Source of the DNA: Octopus bimaculoides
Taxonomy: Eukaryota
DNA: 64,000 nt
Direction of reading: 5' to 3'
Assembly: GCF_001194135.2 (NCBI RefSeq)
Contig: NC_069000.1
Coordinates: forward strand, 47,600,493 to 47,664,492
The notes under the pieces were generated by a model. It did not search any database. It worked only from the letters and a program-made list of their open reading frames with translations, and was not told the DNA's origin. Both the position numbers and the translations under genes were made by a program. This document shows, in pieces, positions 37,201 to 47,257 of the stretch (positions within the stretch are counted from its first letter, which is position 1; every line of letters begins with the position of its first letter).

Positions 37201-37531
37201 AAAATAAATACAGTAACGAAAGGGTTAAGTAGAAGGGAAAGTCGAGAATTAACAGGGAAACATCTGTTGGCAATGTGTGTGGTGGGGAAGGTGATTGGTG
37301 CAGAGGTATATATATGGTAAAAATATTGACAGTTATGGACATTTTCATATATCCATCTGAGTAGACAAGCTAATATGGTGGGACGAGATAGTGTAGACCT
37401 GCTAAAATATATGCTAAATGTGTGCTAAATATATGTTTATTTAATTTCAGGGTCAGAATGACAACAGTGGAGGGTGTAAATGCAAGGTGAACGGAGTTAA
37501 ATGTCATCCAAAATGTATGAATTGTCATTGA
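6825..37531 (+). CDS. RBCK1: RBCK1/HOIL-1L orthologue (LUBAC RBR E3 ligase), spliced CDS join(6825-6991,7526-7619,9574-9772,12351-12422,15086-15174,16021-16194,32214-32383,33239-33350,34984-35262,36579-36722,37451-37531), 1581 nt = 526 aa + stop
   Basis: The exons join in frame with GT-AG at every junction. Domain order is LTM, UBL, NZF, RING1, IBR, RING2. The C-terminus [10 protein letters not shown]...[14 protein letters not shown]...[21 protein letters not shown] closely matches the human HOIL-1L C-terminus as recalled. The start codon is uncertain. Confidence 0.93.
7526..7619 (+). CDS. RBCK1: RBCK1 exon, UBL N-half ([31 protein letters not shown])
   Basis: ttttttcag| acceptor, ATG|gtaaat donor, phase 2 to 0; UBL TV..LK motif. 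Confidence 0.92.
7803..8201. other. Assembly gap (399 N); other gaps at 17678-17687, 35877-36340, 41942-41951, 44680-45039 and 47826-48047
   Basis: N runs, most flanked by microsatellites or duplicated sequence. Confidence 0.99.
8239..8537 (+). mobile_element. tRNA-derived SINE, family A (other copies ~165-330 -, ~7045-7175 +, ~22960-23090 -, ~45172-45372 +, ~48930-49060 +)
   Basis: Head GGCGTGGCTGTGTGGTAAGAAG (A-box-like; B-box GGTTCAGTCC in the 165-330 copy), body ACCAAAGCCTTGTGAGTGGATTTGGTAGAC, tail CCAGCATGGCC.CAGTCAAATGACTGAAACAAGTAAAAGA. Confidence 0.8.
9574..9772 (+). CDS. RBCK1: RBCK1 exon, UBL C-half ([43 protein letters not shown]...)
   Basis: tttag| acceptor, A|gtaatt donor, phase 0 to 1; ubiquitin-like P..Q.L...L..HGV...F.YL pattern. 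Confidence 0.92.
10200..11170 (-). mobile_element. RTE-type LINE endonuclease-region relic
   Basis: [10 protein letters not shown]...W..CLG.YG motif in ORF 10453-10719; degraded. Confidence 0.7.
12351..12422 (+). CDS. RBCK1: RBCK1 linker exon, 72 nt, symmetric phase 1-1 ([23 protein letters not shown])
   Basis: tcttttttag| acceptor and G|gtatgt donor, open frame. The linker has no recognisable homology, so support is splice signals and phase only. Confidence 0.7.
15086..15174 (+). CDS. RBCK1: RBCK1 linker exon ([29 protein letters not shown])
   Basis: ctcctcctaacag| acceptor, AAG|gtatgt donor; it supplies the phase 1 to 0 change needed before the NZF exon. Confidence 0.8.
15340..15598 (-). 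mobile_element. 3' end of an RLE-type (R4/Dong/NeSL-like) non-LTR retrotransposon
   Basis: [34 protein letters not shown] in ORF 15362-15721 matches the KY.DL..E....W....VVPVVIG.LG C-terminal motif. Confidence 0.7.
15599..15716. repeat. Compound (CAT)n/(CAC)n microsatellite
   Basis: Alternating blocks seen directly; source of the poly-H/T/D/G/M pseudo-ORFs. Confidence 0.97.
16021..16194 (+). CDS. RBCK1: RBCK1 exon, NZF/RanBP2-type zinc finger plus NZF tail ([33 protein letters not shown]...)
   Basis: W-x-C-x2-C-TY-x-N-x4-P-x-C-x2-C pattern; cctacag| acceptor and GAG|gtacgg donor, phase 0-0. Confidence 0.95.
16569..16920. mobile_element. Palindromic (fold-back) element with ~135-bp arms and a hammerhead-like core at the apex
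   Basis: Arms 16569-16702 and 16780-16920 are reverse complements with 5 mismatches in the outer 119 nt. Confidence 0.9.
16694..16788 (+). ncRNA. Type I hammerhead-ribozyme-like motif (activity doubtful: proximal stem I mispaired)
   Basis: CTGATGA 16712-16718; stem II GAACTTT/AAAGTTC; GAAA 16761-16764; stem III CC-TAA-GG; GTC triplet ending 16773; stem I CATGTTTTA/TAAAACATG. Confidence 0.65.
17505..18045 (-). mobile_element. Penelope-like element reverse transcriptase fragment
   Basis: ORFs 17558-18094 and 17454-17657 give [17 protein letters not shown] and [22 protein letters not shown]. The frame is broken only by a 10-N gap with a duplicated flank. Confidence 0.88.
18110..18558 (-). mobile_element. 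Interspersed retroposon family C (other copies ~12527-12835 +, ~40441-40760 +, ~49275-49485 -, ~53925-54100 -, ~56160-56500 +, ~58190-58540 -)
   Basis: Shared (CAT)n-CGTTTAA..TCC.CTTTCCATGCT.GCATGGGTTGGA and GCTGGATGCCCTTCCTAA.GCCAACCACT blocks; often next to RTE fragments. Confidence 0.8.
20440..20750 (-). mobile_element. Degraded LINE RT N-terminal region
   Basis: [19 protein letters not shown] resembles KAAG.D.I.AELLK. Confidence 0.45.
22136..22340 (+). mobile_element. TTAA-type MITE fragment (second family; related copy ~26180-26372)
   Basis: Begins TTAACCTTTTAGCAT; shares CTTATTTATTCACATTGTTT..TTGAGATTTC and GATCTG..CAG.TTGAA blocks with the 26.2-kb copy. Confidence 0.6.
25711..25970 (-). 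mobile_element. Helitron PIF1-type helicase relic
   Basis: [12 protein letters not shown] and [29 protein letters not shown] resemble the Helitron LCNGTRL.V and G.DVFIPRIP...PF.FKR.QFP motifs. Confidence 0.6.
26900..27800 (+). mobile_element. Degraded CR1/L2-type LINE RT
   Basis: [17 protein letters not shown] at ~27290-27345 and FNSKKTQ. Confidence 0.65.
28650..29640 (+). mobile_element. Degraded CR1/L2-type LINE RT
   Basis: AVPKKG remnant and G..QG.FLSPTLL...TDL remnant near 29500-29560. Confidence 0.5.
30036..30251 (-). mobile_element. piggyBac-type TTAA MITE, same family as 37002-37224, opposite orientation
   Basis: TTAA at 30032-30035 and 30252-30255; termini CCCTTTTG/CAAAAGGG; the internal TTAGTTATCATTAAGCTGGTGTTAGGAACATAAATT is the reverse complement of the 37.1-kb copy. 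Confidence 0.85.
32214..32383 (+). CDS. RBCK1: RBCK1 exon, helical linker and RING1 N-half ([27 protein letters not shown])
   Basis: tattttcag| acceptor, AA|gtaagt donor; C3HC4 ligands present. Confidence 0.95.
33239..33350 (+). CDS. RBCK1: RBCK1 exon, RING1 C-half ([37 protein letters not shown])
   Basis: ctttccag| acceptor, TCT|gtgagt donor, phase 2 to 0. Confidence 0.94.
33860..34910 (-). mobile_element. RTE-clade LINE RT fragment
   Basis: [51 protein letters not shown]; internal stops. Confidence 0.88.
34984..35262 (+). CDS. RBCK1: RBCK1 exon, IBR domain ([48 protein letters not shown])
   Basis: Contained in ORF 34972-35277; tttttgcag| acceptor, ACG|gtaagc donor. Confidence 0.96.
35731..36455 (+). 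repeat. Inverted duplicate of 54685-55383 (centre hidden by a 464-N gap)
   Basis: 35731-35876 equals the reverse complement of 55238-55383 (146/146); 36341-36455 equals the reverse complement of 54685-54799 (115/115). Confidence 0.95.
36579..36722 (+). CDS. RBCK1: RBCK1 exon, RING2/Rcat with catalytic Cys (KKDGC, codon 36648-36650)
   Basis: Contained in ORF 36558-36740; aatttcag| acceptor, AAG|gtaaac donor. Confidence 0.96.
37002..37224 (+). mobile_element. piggyBac-type TTAA MITE
   Basis: TTAA TSDs at 36998-37001 and 37225-37228; perfect 11-bp TIR CCCTTTCGTTA/TAACGAAAGGG. Confidence 0.88.
37451..37531 (+). CDS. RBCK1: RBCK1 last coding exon ([26 protein letters not shown])
   Basis: ttaatttcag| acceptor; HOIL-1-specific Cys-rich tail ending in His; TGA at 37529-37531. 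Confidence 0.96.
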   Translation, partial: GQNDNSGGCKCKVNGVKCHPKCMNCH

Positions 37532-38049
37532 TTTTATTTCGGTTAATTTGTCAAAATACATTGAGGAAAATAGAGAGTCTCTTTCAGTTAACTTTATGCA
37601 AATGTGTTCTTGTTGCTCGTTAAATTAATTATTATGTTGATCTTTGAACACCTGCAGATATATTTCTAGAAAATTCATAAAACACAGTTTTAACTTTCTT
37701 ATCCATATTACGAACATTACAAAATATTGTTTGAGTAAGTTTGGAAAAAAATCTGTAAATTCAAAGAACTGCTTCCAGCCATCTTGAAAGTCTACAATGA
37801 GATTTTTATGAGACACCTTTTTTAGTTCAACAGCTGGGACAAGCCTGGAGAGGCCTTGCTTAATCACATCAACCTCAATTTGTTAATTCCAGGGTGGAAC
37901 TTGTTTTGTCAATCTCTATCAAATTGCTAAGTTACCACTTAACAAGAGATGTATGTGTGTGTGTGTGTGTGTTGATGTAGTGTGACTAGGATTGCAGGGA
38001 GATGGATAGATGCCCAAAATGTGTTGGAAGGAAGAGTGATATGGGAGGA

Positions 38050-38570
38050 GGGGATGGCAAACACTAGTGGAGACTGAACTGGGAACAAAACAGTTACCTC
38101 AACATGAAAGATGAGATGGAACGGAAGAAACCCTTCTTTACCAGCAGAGGTAAAAAAGCTGTCTGAACCAGTTCATACACTGGCAACAATAGTCTCGGAA
38201 TACACTCCTCTACTGCTAATTTGGTCTCCAAGGCAACAGGATTTACTACCAGCCACTTGTAGAGAGCCATCTGAACATTGAATGGAGTCTATTTCATAAG
38301 TGTTTTTGTTCCTCTGCATCTATCAGATGTGAAAATGTTAGCCCTCTATGCCTCGTATAGACCCAGTTTCCCCCTGGGTACACTGCATGGAATTCTTACC
38401 AGCTCCTTTTTAGCAGATTAAGGAAGGCTATTTTACTCATGTCAATAGGTACCTGACTGCTTTCCTATTTGCTAATACTTTAGTCTTTGCTTAATTCACT
38501 TTGAAGTCTCTCCAATCCAGATTTTGTTTTCCACACATTCTGCTATTAGAGCTAAGTCTTCAACATAAAG
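38050..38570 (-). mobile_element. Degraded RTE RT fragment
   Basis: DLALIAE and KTKVLANRK-like remnants similar to the 34-kb copy. Confidence 0.5.
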
Positions 38571-40144
38571 GCACACGAATGGGGAGGGAGTTGGTCTCAA
38601 CCTGAATCAACTATGATTTGGAGGACAATAATAAACAAGAAGCTGCAGACTACGCCCCGTTGCATCCCTACGTTCACATTGTATTAGAAACTCTCACCTT
38701 CCTCTCATGGACACACATGTCTTAAGACATTGGTAAACTTCCTGCTCTGGGTTTCTTCTTTTGCTAGATATACTCAACCTCTGACTTCCCTTCTTGCAAC
38801 TTGGTGGTGTTCTTCACTGTCCCCTTTTAGCTAGTCTTTCCATACCTGTCTCTGAGCCTCTACAGTTATTCCACTCCCATGTGTCTGGCACTCTGTTGCC
38901 CTCAGCAGATTATCCTGTATTGGATAGGGCCTTCTACTTTTAGTTATTTTCACTTTTAATTTATTTGCTATTGTTACCCACTCCCCCCAACTGATAACAA
39001 ACCAATTACTGTAATTAAAGTTTGAGAGATTATTTAAAGCTTGAATCTGGATGTTGTTATGAAACACGTTTTAAACACGTTTTAAATGAATTTAGCATTG
39101 ACATGCAAATATTGGCATAAACGTGTGTGTGTGTAGTGATTATATAGAGACGAAGACTTAAAAGGCAGAGGCAATCCAATTACAAGATGAGTGAGGAGAT
39201 GAGAACATTGTGATAATACATAATACTGATAAGGATACAGAAACACAACCTGAACAAAATGGAGAGACTGGAGTCTCTTTAGGCTATTTCCTTACTGAGG
39301 TTACGAAATGGAGCAAGTTTGTAAGGATGAGTGGGTTGAGCAGATTAGGGGTCACAAAGCAATGACTTACTGAGAGGAAATGAGAAACTTTTGAAGCCAA
39401 ACTAGGGATTTACAGCAGAGATTTGTGAGAAAGAACCTCACATGGGGATGGATGGGATTTCTTTGGTCTGAACAACGAAATTTGTGATTACGAAGATGAT
39501 GATACATTTTTGAAAGAGGACAGATATATAGTGTATTAATAATGAGTGGAATTAAATATTAATAATAAATTTGCTGGAGGAGAAAACAGACGAAATCAGA
39601 AGAGAAACTTTGGCAAGATAGATGCTCCGTTTATGTACAGTGAATGACAAAACACTACCATTTAAGAGCTGTACTTGTCCTAATTAACGAATCACTTAGA
39701 GACTTACAGACTCCTTTCTCTATTTTTCCACCCCTTTCACCCTCCCGCCTCTCCCCTCTCACCACCCAGCTATTCTTTTTTATTTAATCCTTTCATTTAT
39801 TTCTTTACTTGGCTCTGGATGTTTCAGGATTTGAGGAAAATGGTGGATCAGTTGAGTAGAAAATAGAAATATTTGTGCACAGACAAACCACATTCTGTTC
39901 AGATGCTGAATCTTTCTATTAAGTTTGGGCAGCGGCAATCAAAAGGTAGCTTTGATGGAATTAGCATGCTAGACTAGAGGCAAGTACAAGTGTGTGCTGC
40001 ATGCAAGGGGCCTCAGTCAGACTCCTTCAGGACAAAGAACATAAATTCCCCTGGGTCAGCAAAAATGATTGAGGTAATGAAAGCATGCAACAAGAGGACA
40101 ATAAAGCTTGGACTCTTCTGGGCAAATAATAAGAGCAACATTTA

Positions 40145-40350
40145 CCAAAGCTGGCAGAAACGTTAGAATGCCGGGCAAAGTGCTTCGTAGTATTTTGTCT
40201 GTCTTTATGTTCTGAGTTCAAATTCTGCCAAGGTCGACTTTGCCTTTCATCCTTTCGGGGTCAATAAAATTAAGTACCAGTTGCACACTGGAGTCAATCT
40301 AATCGACTGCCCCCACTCCCCCAAAACATTTCGGGCCTTGTGCCTAGAGT
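40145..40350 (+). mobile_element. tRNA-derived SINE, family B (other copies ~19700-19900 +, ~19925-20080 +, ~44215-44410 +, ~46040-46390 -, ~46700-46830 -)
   Basis: Shared B-box GAGTTCAAATTC and core AGGTCGACTTTGCCTTTCATCCTTTCGGGGTC.ATAAA. Confidence 0.8.
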
Positions 40351-40899
40351 AGAACAGAACATTTATCTTTACCAATGCTACTTAATCAGGACTGCCAGAT
40401 GTACGAAAGGACTGATTCTATGATGCTTTTATGCAGACAACACCATCATCACCATCGTTTAACTTCTGCTTTCCATGCTGGCATGGGTTGGATGGTTTGA
40501 CTGAAAACTGGTAAGCCGAGGAGCTGCACTAGGCTCCAATTTGATTTGGCAAGGTTTCTACGGCTAGATGCCCTTCCTAATGCCAACCACTCTGAGAGTG
40601 TAGTGGGTGCTTTTTACGTGACACTGGCATCGGCCACAACTATGATCTCACTTGGCTTGACAGGTCTACACAAGCATGGTATATCGCCAAAGGTCTCTGT
40701 CACCTGTCACTGCCTTGAGCGGTGCTTTTTATCTGCCACTGGCATTGGCCAACAAACGGCAGTGACCTTCATGATGGATTACATGGAGGCTGCAGACAGA
40801 GCAAGGTTCTTAGTGTTGCAGATCATTAGCTCATTTGCATCACAGAAGAATGTTCACTTGAGGAAAGGAGCCAGTTAATTAGGTAGGCACACAAGCCAG

Positions 40900-41440
40900 A
40901 TGGTTGTGAAGAATGTACAAGTCAATATAGGTTAGTGGTAAGTGACTGCAGACATACAGCTTGAAAGATTCAGATTGAAAAAGGAAAATGTGGAAGTTAA
41001 AAAGATCCACCAGAAAATAAGAGGTTTAGAGAAGTACAAGCTGAAGCATTTGATGGGAAACATATAGCAAGTTCCAGTTGGACCGAGGGTGATATAAGGG
41101 TGGAACAGTGAAGTATACAGAGCCAAGCTAGGAAGGGTTTAGAAGAATGGAGATAGAAGGGAATTATATCAAGTAGCTAGAAAAAAAGTTAGGAGACAAA
41201 ATATATTTAGCAAGGGAAGAAGTAGAAGTGCAGAGGTTTGTCAATGTTCTACGGAATGAGGTATTTCGGATTGAGATGTGGGAGAGGTGTGTGTGTGTGT
41301 GTGTGTGGATGGATAATGGTACACTTGCACTTTGTGATTCCAAAACGAAAGAAGCACAAGAGTGCCATTATGAAAAATTACTAGATGTGAAGAATGACTG
41401 GGAGAAATAGTCTTCCTAATGTAAACTTAATAGCGGGACC
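40900..41440 (+). mobile_element. Degraded RTE-like fragment
   Basis: YRLVVSD and WKLK-like remnants; boundaries approximate. Confidence 0.4.
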
Positions 41441-41795
41441 AGCCATTCTGTCTGATAGTAATACAGATGTGATCAATTGAAACTCTTCAAATGTTGTCCC
41501 AGCTTGGGCTGTTGCCTGAAATCAACAGCCAGAGAATAAAAGATTATTTATTGTCCATTTTTAATTCTGTAGACGAATCCTTGTTGTTAGTGTGTGTGTT
41601 TGGTTGATCGAATGTAACCTTAATAATTGTAGGCAAATTGAAGTTATTATCCATATAATTAATTGACAAAAACTTCCTGTTTAAAATCTAAAAGCAAGGT
41701 AGATAACTCCTATGAGCTAAATAAAGTAACGACTAGAGTGAATCCCTGATATTAGTCAGGGACGGGGCAACCACATAATGGCTTGCTGGACATAA

Positions 41796-41852
41796 GTCAG
41801 CTGCCAATCAGATGACACACTAATGTGTACGAAACCTTATTGGTAGCTAGAC
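41796..41852 (+). ncRNA. Decayed hammerhead-like motif
   Basis: Stem I GTCAGCTGCCAAT/ATTGGTAGCTAGAC; core CAGATGA (one change from CTGATGA); stem II ACAC-TAAT-GTGT; CGAAAC; stem III and the cleavage triplet are largely deleted. Confidence 0.4.
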
Positions 41853-42379
41853 CTGGTAGAAATAGCAGCCAACTCCCCTACAAAAAAAAAACCAAAACAT
41901 TGAAGTATTCGACAAAATAATTGTGAAAAAAAAAAAAAAAANNNNNNNNNNAAAAAAAAAAAAAAAAAAAAGCAGGTCATGGCTGGCTGGAATGGTTTTG
42001 ATCTGAGGTTAACAATATTCAAAGATCAATTAATCAATAGCCAATATCAATAAGGAAGAATTGACAAGATTTCTTTGGGAGTGGGGTGGGGGAGCAGACT
42101 CTCTTACATTTTAATGACATGAAACACATCAACTGGTATCTACATTCACTCAGGTGTAAATAATAATTATAATAAAAATAAATAGAAATAAAAACTTGTT
42201 TGTTGTAAATATTGGGCACAAGGAAACTGGGGATTGCAGCTGAATAGAAAGATGCCAAACTCTGGAAGGAGGAGTCTGCGATTCAGGCTAAATTTGTCGA
42301 TTTTTTTTGTTTTTTTTTTACAGGAACAACTTCATGTATTGGTAAACAGTTAATGGCTTTGAGGACCACAAAGATTAAA

Positions 42380-42900
42380 GTTATCTGACATGGAGGACTG
42401 GAAAGCATTTGAATATTGGTAAAGAATTATCTGTGTCATGATGATTGCACATGGTATCAAAATAGCAACACCGTAACTGCTGCACAATGCTCTGAACCGT
42501 GTAGAAGCCGGACAGCTGCGATGGAGACTAGAAAGCCATGGCCAACAGGAAGGGGCACAGCAGGCATTCTGACCACGTCTGCACATTGGATTTCATCGGA
42601 TAACTGCAGGACAAAGTGATGGAAGATCTAAGCAAGGGAATCTGGGCTTTGGTGAGAGAGATTGGTGTTGGAGTTGCCCCTGAAAGAGAATCTTTGCTAC
42701 CATTAATACAAGAGGCACAAAGCACAAATTCTGACAACCAGGGCCAAGGAGGACTACTTGACGAACGGACAGAAGCTTCTGAACATGCTGAGACGATCTG
42801 GTTCTACGCAGACGAAAAGAACTTCTGCCAGGATCTTCTTCCTATGTTTTTCACACCAACTGCATGTGTCCATCCACCTCCAACAATAGAGAGCAGTCGC
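42380..42900 (+). mobile_element. Degraded Tc1/mariner (maT/Bmmar1-like) transposase
   Basis: DFIG*LQDKVMEDLSKGIWALVREIGV (HTH-like), then KLLNMLR and IWFYADEKNFCQD (first catalytic Asp motif); frameshifts and stops present. Confidence 0.65.
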
Positions 42901-44630
42901 CATATCTTATTCCTCTGAAAAGCGTAGGATTATATTGTTGGGCTGTTTTTGAATCCTTAGTGTGAAACTGATTTGGTATGACCAGCCGTCATGAATATGA
43001 TACTTCAGATAATATAACCACTCCATTGATATACGACTTACGCACGCACACACACAGCAATAGGTCGTCCATAATCACCAAAGACTCACAATGGATTTAA
43101 AATTGTATGACCGAGGATATTCAACAAAGAACATCCCCAGCTCAATCGAACGTGCTTCCCCATGTAGATACAAACACACCTTAATTCATGAACTATGGTA
43201 GAAATTCAACAACTGATTTGGGAAATAATAGTTAACAAATAAAAATCAAGAAAAGATGAAGAATTGAAGAAGTTAACAGAGAAAAGTCAATTTATTGTTG
43301 GAAGAGAGGATCGGAGAAATCATTGTACTCACTTCCTGCTGCTGCTGTTGATGATGATGGTGGTGGTGGTGATGATGATGATGCTGGGGAAGTATACACA
43401 CACGTGTATGTATGTGTGTGTGTGTACACATACGTGTATACACACAAACACACACACACATTATATAGATATACATATCTATTATCACAAGTTTCCAGTT
43501 TTCTTGCTCATCATGTGATAAGATTAAAAAGGAACCCAATGAGGGTGGGGGGGAAAGGGAAGTTTCTTCCGACGATTTTTCTGGAATCTTCCATTGTTGT
43601 AACAGAGTTGGTGTGTGTGAGTGTATATGTAGTGTTAGCGGGGAGCAGGGCAAAACTGTACAAGGGCTTTCAAAAGAGAAACTGGTGCACTATTGAATGC
43701 ACGTATCACATACAGACATCAAAATATGCAGAAGTTGCAGGTTTAGGGTTTTGATGGAATTCAAAACTGTTACACGCCAACGTAAGAGTGACTATGGAGT
43801 ATAGAATCAAACAGCTTGTATAAACACATCTACATAGATGCTCATACATGTGCATATATATATACACACACACACACATGTATGTATACAGATGTAACAA
43901 TATTAACTGGGATGGGTTTATAAACAACAATACAAAAATAGCAACAAGCCCCCTTTCATAAATCACTGGTGGACACAGCAGGAACAGGGACATCACATCT
44001 TGTCACTCTCAAATTGGCATCATCAGACAGTCGATGTGTGAGGGTTCAATTCCTGCTATTTTCTACTCTAGAGTTATTGTTTGTTCATCAATGCTGTATC
44101 ATTTATCCTATCGTGGGGAGGCTGGCATGATGTCCATACCTCTTTATATTAGAAACAACAGTGTTCATGTTAATGTTGTTGTTGTTCTCATAGAAGGCAG
44201 TCAGCTGGAAAGAATTGGTTAGCAGGCCAGGCAAGATGCATGACAGCATTTTGTCCAGCTTTATGTGCTGAGTTCAAATTCCACCAAGGTCAACTTTGCC
44301 TTTCATTCCTTTCGGGGTCAATGAAATATGTACCAGACAAGTAATCGGGTCAATAAGCAACTAGCCCTGTCCACCCCACATAAGTTTCGGGACTTGCATC
44401 TACAGTCAAAAAAATAGTTATTATTATGAATTTCTCTAATTACTGCTCCAACTTAAATATGAAAGACTAACGAGGAAATATCAGAAATCATTCAAACAAT
44501 ACAAATTTAGCAGTCATACTTTCAATAAAGCACATACCTATATAAATATATATACACACAAACATACATATATATATACACACACACACACACACAGACA
44601 TCCCCATATATATATATATATACTCACACA

Positions 44631-44679
<49 letters not shown>

Positions 44680-45405
44680 NNNNNNNNNNNNNNNNNNNNN
44701 NNNNNNNNNNNNNNNNNNNNNNNNNNNNNNNNNNNNNNNNNNNNNNNNNNNNNNNNNNNNNNNNNNNNNNNNNNNNNNNNNNNNNNNNNNNNNNNNNNNN
44801 NNNNNNNNNNNNNNNNNNNNNNNNNNNNNNNNNNNNNNNNNNNNNNNNNNNNNNNNNNNNNNNNNNNNNNNNNNNNNNNNNNNNNNNNNNNNNNNNNNNN
44901 NNNNNNNNNNNNNNNNNNNNNNNNNNNNNNNNNNNNNNNNNNNNNNNNNNNNNNNNNNNNNNNNNNNNNNNNNNNNNNNNNNNNNNNNNNNNNNNNNNNN
45001 NNNNNNNNNNNNNNNNNNNNNNNNNNNNNNNNNNNNNNNTATATATGTGGGTGTATATATATGAGTGTGTGTGGATATATATATATATGTGTATATATAT
45101 ATGTGTGTGTGTATATATATGTGTGTGTATATATGTATATATATGTGTGTGTGTGTATATCTATGTATGTGTGTCTGTGTTTGTCCCCCCACCATCGTTT
45201 GACAACCGATGCTGGTGTGTTTACATCCCCGCAACTTAGCGGTTTGGCAAAAAGAGACTGGTAGAATAAGTACTAGGTTCCCAAGAATAAGTCCTGGGGT
45301 CGATTTGCTTGACTAAAGGCGGTGCTCCAGCATGGCTGCAGTCAAATGACTGAAACAAGTAAAAGAGTAAAAAAGAGTATATATGTATGTGTATATATGT
45401 ATATA

Positions 45406-45440
<35 letters not shown>

Positions 45441-45520
45441 GTCTATATAGATATATATATGTGTACATAGATATATGTGTATATATATATATGTGTATAT
45501 AGATATATACACATACACCC

Positions 45521-45553
<33 letters not shown>

Positions 45554-46949
45554 TAACAGCAAGTAAATATTGAGTTGAAAAATTAAAAGGCTGTCCAATA
45601 TATCGATGGTATCATTTCAAGACGTGATGTTCCTACAGAAGCAACATTCTTCCCCCGAAATTATTTCATTGTTCTCTTGTAAATTCATAAACTCTTACAA
45701 CACACACAGAGTGGCATTATTTTCCAGGACACTTCATTTCTTTCCTAGACACACGCCTTCCATCTCTCACAACACACTGCATGCAAATGAAGAAAGTCTA
45801 AATCAATAAAAAAAAACTGTTGACTGCAAGGAATTTGGGATGGGAAGAAGGTGAAGGTAAAAAAACAAAACATTTTCTGCCATATTTTGAAAATCTTCTT
45901 TCTTTTGATCCAAAGAAACCCATTAAATTATTTCAGAAAACAGCACTGTTGATATTATTATTATTATTATTATTATTATCAATGGTTATACTATTTTCAT
46001 TGCTGCTGCTGATAATAACTTTCAAAATTTTGGCAGAAGGCCAGCAACATTTAAGAGGTAAGTTGATTACATGAACCCCAGTAGTTGACTGGTACTTAAT
46101 TTATTGACCCAGAAACTTTGACATCTCAACTCAGAATGTAAACCCGGAGAAAATGCAGATGAGCATTTTGCCTGGTCTGTTAATTCTGCCTAAATAAATA
46201 ATGGTTACAAATTTTGACATAGGGCCAGCAGTTTGAGGGTGGGGGAGTAAGCCAATTATAGTGACCCTCAGTATGTGACTGGTACTTAAAAGTAAAGTTG
46301 ACCTTGGAATATTAACACAGAACAGGAAAATGGATGAAATGCAATGAGGCATTTTGCTCAGCATGCTAATGGTTCTGCCAGCTTGCAGCCTTAATAAAGA
46401 AAATAATAATTAGTTCCCTAATTTAGGCAAAAGACCAATAATTTAGAAGGGAAAAGAAGTGGTTCACACAACCACAGTGCTTAACATTATTTTATCAACC
46501 CTATAAAGAGTGAAACGCAAAGCTGCCCTCAGCTGGAAATCAGAACATAAAGAGCTATAATTAAATACCATAAAGCATTTTGTCTGGTGCTCTAATGATT
46601 CTGCCAAACCACTGCTCTAAGGTGATGATGATGATGATAATAATAATAGTAGTAGTAGTAGTAATAGTAGTGCTACAAGGACTCCAAATAATGATATAGT
46701 CCCTTTTGACTTGACCAAGAGCCAATGTGTACAAGGGAAAGGTACAGTTGATTGAGTGGACCCAGTGAATTACTGGTACTTGTTTAAACAACCCCGGAAA
46801 CATGAAAGGCAAAGTAAACCCCAACAGAATGTGAAGCAGGAGGCATCCTATCCCACAATCCTACCAGTTACAAGAGTTTTAACAATAACAAATGTGTATG
46901 TATGTGTGCACAAGACAAACCAACCCAGTTATTAGGGGGAGGGCAAGAG

Positions 46950-47250
46950 ATCAATATATATACATACATGTTTCTGTGTGTGTGTGTATATATATATATA
47001 TACTAGGCGACAATGGCGGTGTTTTGTGTGGAATATCATCCAGTGGAATATATATATATATATGCATATGTATGTGTATATGTACATACATGTATATATA
47101 CATATATATACACGTATATATGTATATATAATGTATGTATATATATATATATATATATGCATGTATGTATATATATATGTGTGTGTATATACATGTATAT
47201 ATGTGCATATATATGTATGTATAATGTATATATATATGTATGCATACAAA
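46950..47250. repeat. Degenerate (TA)n/(TG)n/(TATG)n microsatellite field (similar fields at 44540-44680, 45040-45170, 45380-45555, 47760-48110, 49077-49140 and 62640-62795)
   Basis: Seen directly; source of the many YI/VC/HT pseudo-ORFs. Confidence 0.97.
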
Positions 47251-47257
47251 TATAGAC

